A DNA stretch of 64,000 nucleotides from positions 1 to 64,000 of the forward strand of contig MCFE01000055.1 in assembly GCA_002104905.1 (NCBI GenBank). The letters are read 5' to 3'. Below the pieces are notes generated by a model, which saw nothing but the letters and a program-made list of their open reading frames with translations, was not told where the DNA came from and ran no database searches. Below are positions 1-13,352 of this stretch, piece after piece. Source of the stretch: Basidiobolus meristosporus CBS 931.73. Its lineage: Eukaryota > Fungi > Basidiobolomycota. Within the stretch, counting starts at the first letter, position 1. The number at the start of each line of letters is the position of its first letter. Position numbers and translations under genes: made by a program.

Positions 1-520
1 GTCGTGAGCGAGAGGCAAGTTGAACCGCAAAAATGGCGGCAGATTCAGACGTCATATTGGGCGAAGCTTGACACGAAGCACAAAACCGATTGCGGCAATT
101 TGACTCACAACAGCCTACGGTTAGTTGATAATAGTATCGCTTGACCAATTTTTGATATTGCGCTCTATGTCCATCTTTCGAATGATCACGCTCCCATTGT
201 TTGGGCACAGCCTTTTTGAGTTTCTGGTTGAGTTGTGGATCGCACAAGGCCTGCTTGAAAGAAGCCGATTTCGCCTTTTCCGCTAGTGATTTAAGAGACT
301 GTGTCTTTTTAAGTGTATTGCCACCAAGAGATAAGGAACTATTTCTTGGTAAGGGCGTGTTGGAAGGAAGAATTGGACTCGTCAAGGAGTTTCTGGATCT
401 ATTCTTACAAGATATGCTCGAGGGGGTTTTTCTCAAGAATTCACTGGCATTGTACTCTGAAGTTGGAGAGGAAACGGCATCAGTTGTGGTTGGCGGATGT
501 TCCAAGATGCAATTAGAATG
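1..520 (-). CDS. 5' portion of a UBE3A/E6AP-like (probably HECT) E3 ubiquitin ligase with an AZUL zinc-binding domain; runs off the window start, true start codon unresolved
   Basis: A stop-free minus frame over 520..1 encodes YQKLVKRYYYQLTVGCCESNCRNRFCASC, matching the AZUL motif (RYYxQLxxGCxxxxCxNxFCASC). The HECT domain itself is outside the window. Confidence 0.75.
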
Positions 521-1660
521 ATCCGTCTCAGATCTCTTGAAATTCTCAATAACCATTACTTGCGGGGACAAATAAGTGGTTACGCAGGCTTTTAAAATAA
601 GTAGAAAAGGCAATAATTTCCTACTACAAAACGACAATGACAGTGAATATGAAAAATCGAAACGGAGCGGGAAGGGTGTTTATAGGGCTAGTTAGTGAAA
701 GTAGGAGAAACCAGCTGAGAATGAGTATTAGTGGCATGGGTGCGAAGGGTTGAAGAATTAATAGCGATCCTATCATAAATCAGCGTTCATTGGGAATGGA
801 TTATTATTAGATATGCAAAATATTAATCAGTTACAAATTCGTGTGAGAGTACTTTACTAGGCGATTCAAATATACTGTTCATGCACACAGGTCCAAACTG
901 ACCAAGCACTATAATGGTTAGTCACAATCAAGTATGTTATGAATGAACAATACTTGGAGATCCTAATGATGTGTATGCATGCTACCGGATATCTTAACAA
1001 AAATACCTCAAACTAATCAAACTGAACGTTTTGAAATGCGAGGCATGGTGTTCATTAATACCCGATGGTATGTTAGATGTTCGTTCAATCCGGATCTCCC
1101 AACGCCGCAACATTCCACATGGGATTGCGGGAACTTTTCCTGTGGATGGTGCCGCAATCAGATAGCGCCTATTCCGGTAACGATGACATCAGATTTCCCC
1201 TGTTGGACACAATCCGCGATGACGAGACAAATATATCAACATCGTTTGGCCAGAGATACTGTTATGGATGCCATGGCAGCTTGAGGCCTGCACGGGGCAG
1301 CAAATCGCGTTAATGTTCTAGAATAATAGAAGGTGCTAGTCAACCACAGCTGAATCGCCATCCGCCTATGAGAAATCCTCAAACTCATGCATACTGCGCA
1401 TAAACGCCATGCGCTTTGTAAATAAACAAGCAATGCAGCATAGCCGCATACATGAAATTTATGATGCATACCACTAACGTTCAGTCAACCTGCAACAGCC
1501 GTGTCAACAGAGATGCTCCACGCACACAATTGAGCAGACAATTTATTGAGATTTTTGATCAATGTTAAACTAAACACGCTGTTTACGAGAAAATGGTACA
1601 GGTAGAATCTTGGTATAGTCTGATGAATCGGGTGCACAGCGATCGACCCAAAGCCAGAGC

Positions 1661-4079
1661 TTAATCTGAATCCGAGGAATCTGTGTCTGATCCACTGGAA
1701 GAAGAACCACTTGAGCTGCTGTCACTCTCCGATCCAGAGGACGAATCACTATCAGAATCAGAGTCCGAATCGGAAGAGTCGCTGTTTAATCTACGCTGAG
1801 CAAGCATGAGCTTGGGAAGATTCTTCAAATGTTCACGCAGCTCATCTGTCAACCCACCGAGATTAATACTGGTAAAGTAATTAATGGCAAAGCGAGTATT
1901 TTTCGGGTTATCACGGGGGAATAGACCTGCTGTCTGTTCGGCCATGGTCGGGCTCTTCAATCGCTCATTGAGCTTCTTCAAGCCTAGTGTTTCACTGAGG
2001 TCTTGGAACAAAATCTTGATGAAAATACGAGAACTTGAGGTCGTGTCCTCTTCGTTCAGCCTGATGATGGAGAAGACGTCCCACGAGATCGCATCGGAGG
2101 AAAGTAGGTGGCCAAAGTATTTGGCAACGTTGCGTAGTCGGTTTGTCTCGTACTGATGGATGATCTCGAAGGTTTGAGCAAAACATTGCTGGAAGGCTTC
2201 GGCCCACACTCGGTTCATTTTGCAGAACCTCTCTCCAATAAGCCCGTAAAACTTCAGATAGGTTCGCTCCTGCGAGCAACACTCGACGATCATGTTGGCC
2301 AGTTCGATTTGCTGTCCATCTTGGATGTTCAGTTTCATCAGCTTGTGGACACATTCCTGGAACTCCACACTGGACATGATGGTAAGATAGATGGTACGGC
2401 GCAGGTTGATGATATTGGTGTTGGTCTGGTCGTGAATGTTCATCTTATCCGCAGGCCCCTTGGAATCTTCCGCCTCGGAACCACTTTCATCGCTATCATC
2501 TCCATCACTACCCGACTCATCATCATCGTCATCGTCGTCATCATCTCCGAGAATCTCTCTTTTGATCTGCTGGTACTTCTCCTCATTCTCTAGATAATCT
2601 GGATCGAGCTTGAAAACACCCAAACCTTCCTCGGGGTTGAGTTCCTCGTCATCCAGCGAGAGATAGTGTGTGATTTGATCCTCCTCTTCGACAATGTCAA
2701 GCTCTGGCATAATGGATGGGTTATCCTTAAATTTGTCCTTGCGAACCTGGAAGAGAACTTCAATCATGTATTGCACACGCTTGTCAATTTGGCCTTCATG
2801 TAGAATACCTCTGAACCGTTCGAACGCTGCGTGTGTGGCTTTGGGTGAGACCTCAGTGAGATGAGCCCCACACTCGCGAATAAATCCAACAGCAATTTCA
2901 ACTGAATCGTCAGTAGGACGTTCAAGCAGAAGTGCCAGGATCTGTAAAGCCAGGATCTCATGTGCAACAAGTTGGTTGGACAAATGCGCAATAAAGCTGG
3001 TAGTTGCCAGACATGTTGTTTTATCATTTCGCTGGAATGCTCTGCGAAATTGAATAATCAACCTGGTAAGTAACAGCTCTCCAACTTGTGGCATTTTGGT
3101 GTTGATGACTGCAATGACCGCGGCGTAAACTGGTGTAAATGGCAACGAAGCTGCCTGCGCCTTCATGATTGATCTGCACATAAGCCCACGGCCACGGATG
3201 AGGTTGGTGCTGAAGAGCTCGGGAATAATGCTCTTGATGTTAGATGTGTTGACCTTGTTGATCATGCCGTTGATCCCTTTTTTGAGTGTTTCCCAAGCCA
3301 TTCTCTGGTACTCCTTGCTACTCTTGTCACTGATGCTCTCCTGCATCATTCGCAAACGAGCTGGTGGGATATATGCGCCACCGGTACGAGTGGTAAGAAG
3401 CATCTCCTTACGCTCAGCTGCAACGTCAATCCTATTTTTCTCTACTAATGGCTCGTCATTATATTGTTGGGCCAGTTGTCGCTCACGCTCGCGACGTCTA
3501 GTTGGATTGACATCGAAGACTCTCGGAGGATCGAGAGAGGGTGAGCGACGTCTTGATGAGCGCCTAGGGGAGCGAATGGAACGACTCTGACGTGATTCGC
3601 TTCCTCTATTTCTGGATCGTGAACCAGAACTTGTGCGTCTACTGCGGTGCCGGCGAGGGGGGGAACGCGATCTGGAGCTAGAAGATACGGAACGTCTTCT
3701 GTATCGGGGAGAGCGTGACCTACTCTCGGAGCTGGACCGAGAGCTTGCGCTAGATGTGGAAGGGGAACGTTTGCGCCGACGAGGTGGGGACCGAGATCTA
3801 GATCTGGAACGTGATACTGAAGGAGTACGAGATCTTTGTCAAAGAGTTTTGTTAGGTTTATTTCGCGACACATTCCAATTTGCATGAAGAAAATATACCT
3901 TTTCCTCTGGCCTCTCCGCGCTGATTCTTCTTTCTTGTGACTAACATCTACTTTGACAGAATCTCTGAAGAAAGGTTAAGATTATTATGGTTGATTTTCA
4001 ACAAGCACGACCAGGCTTAGTATACGTACAAAGGCTTGGGGGATTTACTAGCAGCATCCTCACTTTCATTTGAGACCAT
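1661..4079 (-). CDS. CWC22: Pre-mRNA splicing factor Cwc22 (MIF4G + MA3 domains, RS-rich N-terminus, Ser/Asp-rich C-terminus); two short 5' introns
   Basis: ORF 1661..3403 has [30 protein letters not shown] and [24 protein letters not shown] at 4079 (MVSNESED) is joined through GT-AG introns and an RS-rich exon. Confidence 0.97.
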
Positions 4080-4411
4080 AATGAACCAAAGTCCAAGTGT
4101 GTATCTCTGAACAACTAGAAGATAAACCTTAATCACAATGGATCATGGATAATTTCTGTCCAAATTTTGCAAAAAAAGTGAATAGCATTACTTCGGCTAT
4201 TTCAATAAAGATGACGGAAAATAGGCCACAATGAAATTGATTTTGGTTTGAGTATTAATGGCCCGAACTATTAAATTGCTCCCGAATACTAAAAAAAAGC
4301 AATTTATCAAGGGTCCCTTACCCATGCATTTCTATCATTTTGAAAAGTATGTTACCAATTGAGTGTACGCGAGCTTGACTTTGAACTTGTTAATATACTT
4401 ATTCTCTCACG
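4080..4411. promoter_or_regulatory. Putative bidirectional promoter between divergent CWC22 and CEF1
   Basis: The two start codons point away from each other 332 bp apart, with an AT-rich spacer. Confidence 0.6.
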
Positions 4412-7009
4412 ATGCGAGTATTAATTAAAGGTACACACTTGCTAGATTATTTCATTCAATCCATAACAACTTAGCCTGAACACCGCATTAACTTTTCCTT
4501 GTTTTCTCTCTGGAAGGTGGTGTTTGGAAAAACACTGAGGTAAGTGTATATGAATATTGATTAGGCGGATCTACGGCTGATCTTACTCACGCGACATATA
4601 TTAAAGGATGAAATCCTCAAAGCTGCCGTCATGAAATACGGTAAAAACCAGTGGGCACGTATCTCCTCACTGTTGGTGCGTAAATCACCAAAGCAATGTA
4701 AAGCGCGTTGGTATGAATGGCTCGATCCTAGTATCAAGAAAACTGAGTGGTCGAAAGAGGAGGATGAGAAGTTGCTTCACCTAGCTAAACTCATGCCCAC
4801 TCAATGGAGAACCATCGCCCCAATTGTCGGTCGTACTGCCTCCCAATGCTTGGAGAGATATCAACAACTTTTAGATGAAGCTGAGCTAAAGGAAGGTGCC
4901 GACCTAGGTCTTACAGGTGTTGGTGATACAGGGCCTAGTGCTGACGATGTGCGTAGACTTAGACCGGGAGAAATTGACCCAGACCCAGAGACCAAAGCTG
5001 CTCGTCCTGATCCAGTGGACATGGACGAAGATGAAAAGGAGATGTTGTCGGAAGCAAGAGCGCGTCTTGCTAACACTCAGGGAAAGAAAGCCAAGCGTAA
5101 GGCTCGTGAAAAGCAGTTAGAAGAGGCCAGACGCCTTGCAGCACTTCAGAAGCGTAGAGAACTTAAAGCAGCCGGAATAGATATTCGAATCAAGAAGAAG
5201 TCCAAGGGGATGGATTACAATGCAGACATTCCTTTAGAGAAAAAGCCGGCACCAGGTTTTTATGACACAACGGAGGAAAAGGAGCGTCCCGTTCAGCGTA
5301 TGGGCTCACGTTTAGATCTCCAGAAGTTGGAAGGTAAAAGGAGAGCAGATGTAGAAGCTGAGGAAAGAAAGAAGGACGCCAAAAAGCAGAAGCAGAGGAA
5401 AGAAAACGGTGAAACTTCCTTCGTCCCTGGTGGCTCTATGCAGCTCAACAAACTCAATGAAGCACAACAGCTTACGAGACGTAAAAAGCTTCTTCTACCA
5501 TCACCCCAGGTAGGAGAGAGCGAATTAGAGGAAATTGTTAAGATTGGTATAGCTGGTGAGAATGCTAGAAGCATTGCAGATGAGAGCAATGTTGATGCTA
5601 CTAGGGGCTTACTGGGAACCTATTCCACCATCCAATCCGGACTGGCAGCAAGAACTCCCAGAACGCCAGCTGCTGCCGACACGGTCATGATGGAGGCGCG
5701 TAATTTGCGTGCATTATCATCTGCCCAAACTCCTCTTTTGGGCGGGGAGAACACTCCACTTATTCAAAGCGCAACCGGAACAGGGTTCCAAGGGGCTACT
5801 CCTCGCCATGCTCCAGCTCAGACGCCCAATCCACTTTTGACTCCACTTCGTAGTGCAAGTGGGGCTAGTACAGGCTTTACTACACCAGGCCGTGGTAATC
5901 AAGCCGGAGCGACTCCCTTAAGAACACCCTTCAGAGACGAGTTAAGTATCAATGCTGATGGGGATGGTAGTTTTGTCGAAGGTACTCCGAGGGCTGAAAA
6001 GATGCGCCTAGCCTCCGTTAGAAAGCAAGTTTCTCTTGGTTTAGCTAACCTACCTGCACCCAAAAACGAGTTTGAGATTCGTCTTCCCGAGGAGGCATCT
6101 GATGATACTTCTGGTAGTATGGCTCCATCTACCATTGAGGAGGATGCTGCAGATGCTGACAAGCGTAGGAAGGAACTACGTTTAGCTCAAAAACAAGCCG
6201 AGCTCAAACGCAGGACACAGGTTATCCAGCGACAACTTCCCCGCCCAATGTCCATCAATGTTGAAGGAATTTTGGGCGCGGCCCAAGATGAAGAGGAGCT
6301 GCTTCGCCAAGCTCAAAAGTTGATTAGTGAAGAGCTGGTGTCTGTTCTCGCTTATGATCAGGCTAAATTCCCCTTTGGCAATGGGCAAACTTCCAAGAGG
6401 GTTAATCTTGAGCAATTTACGGATGACGAGTTGCATGAAGCTCGAGCTTTAATCAAACAAGAAACGGACCAACTGCTTGGTGGAAATGGGAACACTGAGA
6501 GCACGATTCCTGACATGGATGCATTTGAAGAAGCCTGGCAGAGGACGTATGGATCATACATCTATGCACCCTCACTAGAAAAGTACGTCAAATTTGAGGA
6601 TGTAGGCGAAGGAGAGAGGATTGCTAGTATGCGCGATATATTGGAGAAGAGCCGCAAAAAGATGGGAAAGGAGGCCGCTCGAGCTGCCAAAGTTGAGAAG
6701 AAGTTGAACGTCGTACTTGGCGGATACCAAGCCCGTTCTGAAGCTCTGGTTGAGAAACTTTCAGCAGCTTATGAAGAGCTCGACCAGGTGACCATTGAGC
6801 TCTCTTCATTTAGAAACTTGAACATACTGGAGAAAGTGGCTATTCCACAGCGTATTCATAGCATTCAGAGCCAAGTCCACCACTTGACTAATCGCGAGAC
6901 TGAACTTCAGAAGCAATACGCCAATCTCAATGTTGAACGTCAAGATATTCAAGAGAGGATTAATCAATTACAAGCCCACAACCAGGCCAATCATCCAGTA
7001 GAGGCTTGA
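4412..7009 (+). CDS. CEF1: Pre-mRNA splicing factor Cef1/Cdc5/CDC5L (two Myb repeats); two short 5' introns
   Basis: Spliced start MRVLIK|GGVWKNTE|DEILKAAVMKYGKNQWARISSLL; WYEWLDPSIKKTEWSKEEDEKLLHLAKLMPTQWRTIAP. Confidence 0.98.
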
Positions 7010-7992
7010 GTCTTCATTCAACATCATACCAACTATTCATGTATATAGATAAATTCAACAACACTGATCCATGTATATATATAAGTAAACGGTCACTCTA
7101 TCGCTGCAAATCGGCTCTCCACCACGGCAGGCTGATGTTACGCAAATATTAACAAATGGGTCATGGCTTGAAATCTAAATCTCCAATAAAACGTATCAAT
7201 CATTTATCTTGTGGCTAGCGTTCAACTGAACAACTTTCGAAATAGCAATGTGTGTCCTTGCGGATTGATGATTCACTCCAGGTGAGTTTTGGGTAATACA
7301 CCGGATGCAATGTACGCCGTTAGGGTTGTTGATCAGCTATTTCCTTCAAACATTGCTGGTTTGCTTCTCTGACATAGGACAGAATATTCGGAGAGACCTC
7401 TGCGCAAATTTGCCATGAGGATGACAATATAGGATGGGTGTGCACGGTCATGAAATAGTATTGTATTGATTTATTGCAAGCATATTCAAACAAAGCAGGT
7501 CTTGATTAACAATGCCGAAGTGGCGACCAAGGTGGACGATCAACTATTATATAAGAAGTTGTTTAGCAATGGATTTCAGATAGGTTGGGTAAAGAGAGGA
7601 TTGTTCTTCTAATCTCCCTCCAATTTTTATCTAGGTTAATATAGGTTAGGTTCAGACTCGATACTTGATAGCTCGCAAATATCGCAATATCACCGCAACC
7701 ATGCTGAGAAATGGTTATCAATTGAATGGGAGACCAGTACCTACCGACAGAAAGTTTCGTACACACGTTGTGCAAGGGGCATAGTTGCTATGTATCCGGG
7801 AAGTATTGCAGTTTCTTGTGGGAAACTCTCACCTCCAATCATTCGACTTCGTATAGGAAATACATGAAATACTCAGAAATTGATAGACAAAAATTGTTGT
7901 GGCCTTCAGTACGCAATACGAGCATATTTCATTCTATAGATGCGGAACGATATCGCATCAACTATAATACAACGCGTGTGGCCACTGGAAAG

Positions 7993-9319
7993 TCACTCCG
8001 ATTCCCGAATAGTTTCATCCAAGCCCATTTCGCTGTAGTAGTCTTTGAAGTCAATGTATTTCTCCTGAACATCGAACACGTCCTCCTGATATCCAGTGCC
8101 AGATCTCATGGCAGTAAGCATGATGCTCTCGTTGCCTTGCTCCAAGCCACCAAATACATAGCCATTTGCCTTGTCAATCACTCTTAATAGGTTCGTTACT
8201 GACGCTTTGTCCTGGTGAAATGTTTTGGATAACATCAAAATGATGTGGTGATACGAGTAGATCCAAATGTCTCGACAAACCTCAATGCACAATGTGTAGA
8301 ATCCGACCAAATTAAAATCCTCGACTAACTCACACAAAGCTTTGTTGAGATCGGCGAAGCGCTTACCAAAGGGGTCCTGGTTCAGATGGTCCAGCAGATA
8401 ATCCAAGTTCATTACCTCCGTATAGTAATCGAGACTAAAAGCTGATCGCACAAACACATTAGTCGTTGGTCGATTCTTCAAGGATGGCGTAGCGAAGAGC
8501 AAACCTAATTTCCCGTATGTTTCGATAAGGTCCATCTTGGATAGGACGTTAATGTGGGGTAGCTCAAGCATGACCATTGTCTTCAGGGAAAGCAGTAGCA
8601 CAGATATATACTTTGTGGGATCTGTACAATAATGTGCATCCACCAGATGAACCGCAACCAGCTAAGATTAGGGTTAATTCACTGGCTGGACCTGAACTGG
8701 ATTATCGTGTCTGAATACAATACCCTGAAGTCAAGCTTCTGTAATCTGTCCACGATGCTCTTCACGGCCGAGTTATGGGTGTAGAGTTCCACTTGCCCAG
8801 GAAAATCGAATATAAAATAGTGGTCTAAGGGAGCAATCTGTTACTTGTGGTTGTGGCGTGGTGAAGAGGATTTTCATCAAGGGGAACGCATACCAGGGAA
8901 CTTTTTACATTCTTCGATCAACCAATCTAAATTATTCTCCAAATATTCAATACAATACATCATTCCCCCATTAGGGCCCAACTTCAGGTTATCCATAGCA
9001 TCCTCTAAAGTAATCAGATCTGCGATGTTTATATCGCACTTGTAGGGTACGAAGTCGTTGGCTGGATCGAGGTTCACAACGGCTACTTTCCTTGAGAATT
9101 CACGTAGCACAGGAAGAATGAGCTGCTGTTCATTCAAAACGAAGCTGTAGGCAGTAAATAAACCCTCTACCTTCCCAACGCTGTCAAGAATTGTTGCATA
9201 CCATGGCAGTATGTCGTTTTTCCTGAACCCGGAGGGCCAATCACAACCTAAAGTGCAGTTAAGGTGAAAGCCAGCGGGCTGAGGCCATGACATAAAAATC
9301 CCACCTGAGCATAAGGCAT
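7993..9319 (-). CDS. GPN2: GPN-loop GTPase 2
   Basis: Spliced MPYAQ|[25 protein letters not shown]|[12 protein letters not shown]; [14 protein letters not shown]; [12 protein letters not shown]. Confidence 0.95.
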
Positions 9320-9609
9320 TGCGTTTTACTAGCGCGTCGGGTTCACTCCGTCTACTACGAAGTAGTAAATTCGAATATTCATGTGCCAAGAACTTTTTTA
9401 CCCTCCGCGGATGTATGACTAAGCAACTGACATTCACTTCGATAATTGATGTTCCATTTTAGCATGTGATAGTTATGGTTAGATTGTATGCCAAGATCCA
9501 ATGTAACCAATGGGTAAGATCATGCTACGAGGGAGGAATCTACAAAATCGAATGCCCTACCCAATTTTACATTACTAATACCATCTCCTGTTCAAGCCTT
9601 GAGCCACAC

Positions 9610-10546
9610 ATGACTTCCACAAATCGACCTTTTGCAGAATCTTTTCGTTTTCTGAACGTTGACTCCTCCGGATATCCAGCGGAAAGCGGCACCACCGATG
9701 GAGAATCCTCGACTTGGTCACGATTTACCAATTCCACTACCTCCTTATTTTCGAACATGAAGAACTCTGCTCAGGGATATCTTCCTGTCAACCAACAATC
9801 CCAAGAGCCAGGTTGGTTTACACTAAGTTATTGGCAGGTACTGCTGAAATGTGGTTGAATTAGACTCAATACAACGCTTGGCTAATTCAAACTCTACTCT
9901 AGCGCTGGGTAGGCTTCTTCATTTGCGTTGGTGTCGGGCTACTATGTTTCATGGTGGTAAGTACAACCCGCGTAAACTCTTGAACCCTTCGTAATTCATC
10001 GTTTTTATCAAGGCCTTCTTCACCCTACCTATATTAGTTGTTCGTCCACAAAAGTTTGCTCTGGCCTTCACCATGGGTAGTATTCTGATGATGACCAGGT
10101 ATTTGTTTACTGTTCTGCCGGCTTCTTCTAGCTGCTTCTTAACCGATGTTTGTGTATTTTGCAGTTTTGCGTTGTTGAAAGGGCCAACCTCACACTTGCG
10201 TCATATTATCTCCAAGGAGCGCCTTCCATTTACCATTACCTATGGCAGCTCTTTACTGCTGACCCTGTATTTCGCTGTGGTGGTAGGTGAAATTGAACCA
10301 TCCTAATACCCAACATAGATATTCATATGTGATATATAGGCGCACCAGTATATTGGAACTATTATCTTCTGTGTTATCCAATTGATCGCGCTAGTATGGT
10401 AAATTCCTGTTCCCTAATTATTGTTGTTGGCAATCGTCTCTCTGACATGAGCAAAACCCTTAAGGTATTTCGTTTCATACCTGCCTGGTGGCACGTCCTC
10501 GTTGATTTCGCTCTCTCGCAATGCCACAAGTCTATTGCCATTGTAA
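9610..10546 (+). CDS. SFT2: Sft2-family vesicle transport protein (Got1/Sft2), multi-exon
   Basis: FTLSYWQ|RWVGFFICV; [16 protein letters not shown]; SKERLPFT; W|[10 protein letters not shown]. Confidence 0.9.
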
Positions 10547-10770
10547 AGCGACACAATACTTTGATGAAGGAAGGCACCTCTCTCTTTCAAATATCCAATA
10601 TCTACGTGTGGTTGACATTCGAAGTAATAATATCCCGGCTGAATCGACGCTCATTCCGAATCAGTTTGATGTACTTATTGCCCCAAGTATCACTTACACG
10701 ACTAATCATGTAATAAAACAAATCAAGTGTTCGACACGTTTGAATGTTAATTTATTGCTATATCCATTGT

Positions 10771-13057
10771 TTACGCAGATTTAGGTGCCTTCTTGGATTT
10801 TTTCTTGGACTTTGTTTTGCTCGGCTTCTCGGTAGTTTCAGGGTCGGAGTGTGTGGTTACTTGCAAAGAGGGTAACGGGTCTTGCTCGCGTGGCTCATCC
10901 CAATGAGCTGATGTATCACCAGCCTGGGTGTTGTGATCTGTATTTGTTACCCAAGGATTAGCGCTGGAAGTATTGTTGTTGTCATCTATTTCCTCATAGG
11001 AGCCCGTTAATGCCAAGGAATCCATATTCATGTTGAAGTTGTAATCATAGAATTGTGGGTTTCTCTCTGAGGTCGAGGTGTACTGCGACATGTCATCCTG
11101 AGAGAACTCATTGTGGAGATAGGGTGAAAATGAGCTGGGGGTGCTATCGTATGGTGACATGAAATCCATTCCTGTATTCAAGTAGTTGTTCGTGTTGTGA
11201 TGGACTTGCTCCCCAATCTCAAAGAGGTTTATGTCGTTACCAGTTGACTCCTCTTCAACCTTCGGTGACGGGCTTGGCGAAGGGTTGGTGAACTGTGGCT
11301 CTAGCTCGTCGTCTGAGATTTCTATGTCTTCATCGTTTGCCACAAGCGGGTTCCCATTGTCTTCGTCATCGCTTGATTCTATCTGGTTGCTCTTTACTGT
11401 GGCGGGTGGAATAGCCACGTCGACGTCTTTGAAGAAATCATCCATTAGCTCCCCTGGCCTATACTCCTCTAGGGGGGTTTTCGAGTGCGAGGATTCAAAA
11501 CCATTCTGGACCTGACTTGGAGGCTGGTCGTCTGGCGTACTCTCAGTTTCGGAATCATTCTCCGACTCGACATCTCCTATAAGTATGGTGAAGGTCAGAG
11601 TTGGTTAGCTGGATGCTGGGGGGCTCCGAAACAACCGGGCACGAACCAGAGAAGTTGATTCTATTCTTGAACATGGCATCTTCGCTGTTGTCCAATTCAC
11701 CAAGCAATTTTTCCATCTCCTCTTGCTTTTGCTCGATCTGTTTCCTCAAAACCTCTTTCTACATCCCCAACAGTGCAATAGTTAGCAGAAGGTGCGCGTT
11801 CACTCACTAAGGTTTTACTTACCTGAAGAGTCAGAAACGGCACTCCAAAGAATTTGTAAATATACTTCAGCCCCTGGCCAGTCCTCAAGCTGCTCTCTAC
11901 ATATCTGATCACATTTGTCGAGAGATTTTCCTTCTTCTTACGGTGCAGGTTGAATTTGGCTATGACGTTGATGATATCTGACAACTGGACGGCCCGTTTC
12001 TGTCTTTAAAATTGCAGTTACTATGGTTAGGTCTTCGTTAGTCCATTAACAGCAGCAGCTACCTCTGATCAGCGTTGTTTCCCTTCATGGGTGATGTGAA
12101 GTGAGAAGCAATTCGGACTAAAAGACAGGCTTCAATCGTCTACTTACCACTATCAGTACAGTCAGTCCATCCGGAATGCTTTTCAACTCTTTCTTAACAT
12201 AGTCAAATGTCCAAGGTTTCGTGATGTCGAACATCAGGATAACCCCGTGTGTATTTCTGTACACGTTGACTGTTTGGGCATCAAGCAGTAGGTCTGGCGG
12301 TACTGGTGACTCTGACGTTGGCGTACGTGAAGCAGAGGACGGGATACCTACGAATTCCGGGACTCGGATTAACTTCATCGAACTGCGTGTTACATCATAG
12401 CAAACCAACTAACTTGGAATATCATTCACGTTTGCTTTCTCCTGCTCAATCTTCAGCTCTCCGTTATTTTTGTTTGCCCTAACACCGTAGTCAACTACAT
12501 CCCATAGCTCCACTTTGATGATGTCCTCGGAGGCTGGGGTCACGGAATTAACAAACTCTTCCAACCATCCCGTGGCGAAACTACCTACCTTCGTCGTATT
12601 TCCATTTCAAGTTTGCCACTTGAATATTCGGTGTGGCCTGATACTCTGGCTCAAATTTTGAGCCCTGCAGCATGTTGACTATCACACGCTTGAGTTAGAA
12701 AGAGGCTTGCTTTAAGTGAAGCTGTAGGATTTCTTTACATAGCGTGGTCTTTCCCGTCATGGTGTCTCCGCGGAGGACAAGTTTCACTAAAAACCACGGT
12801 TGAAATGCACTGAATTAGCAAACAGGAAAGATAGAAGGGAGATGGGGAAACAATCGCCGCTTCGGCAACTTACTGTTATACTGTACGCCCTTACGGAACT
12901 GTGAAGGCATTGGAATCAGCTGCTTGGTTCGCAAGTGTGCACTTGGATCGTTCACCGGCTTGGCTTGTTCATTTCCCTGGGAATAGGGAGGAAGTAACGA
13001 TCAGACTACAATGTAAGAAGGGTATGCCTCCAGTGTTCAGCAGGGATGGCTTACCAT
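10771..13057 (-). CDS. RABL6: Rab-like protein 6 (RABL6/C9orf86 type) atypical GTPase with a long acidic C-terminus, multi-exon
   Basis: FRKGVQYN|MKLVLRGDTMTGKTTL|FNMLQG; KVELWDVVD; LDAQTVNVYRNTHGVILMFDITKPWTFDYV; GLKYIYKFFGVPFLTLQ. Confidence 0.85.
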
Positions 13058-13352
13058 GTTGTCAACAGTAGAGGTTACCAAGGTATATCAACTCGAAGGG
13101 AGGTCCACTTCTTTCAATCCAATAAATCAGCAATCGCTCGAATATGCACCATTTGCAACTTGGAATGGCATAATTCGATTTAATCAGAGTATACCACAAG
13201 TGGTTGAACATGAATATATTTTCAGATGAATGGGTTGCTTTATTATGATTGAATATAGATTTTTACTACGCGCTACGTGCCCAAACCATCTTCTAAAAAT
13301 TGATAGATCCAAGAAAATCAAATCGATCTCTCTATTTAAGGTCCACGTTGGT

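Noticed and set aside
560-1660. Short ORFs 979..1284, 1077..1313 and 1236..1469
   Set aside because: No recognisable motif in any frame and no consistent splice model. Could be UTR or an unidentifiable relic.
1884-3887. Plus-strand ORFs 1884..2593, 3165..3590 and 3633..3887
   Set aside because: Antisense shadows of CWC22 and its low-complexity RS and acidic regions.
7261-7450. Splice-like signals (CAG|GTGAGT ... CTGAC..TAG) and TGATGA downstream of CEF1, suggesting a spliced ncRNA or snoRNA
   Set aside because: No coherent box C/D pair with terminal stem or guide sequence could be established by eye.
11817-11825. ACTTACCTG resembling the U1 snRNA 5' end
   Set aside because: It is the reverse complement of a consensus CAG|GTAAGT donor in RABL6.
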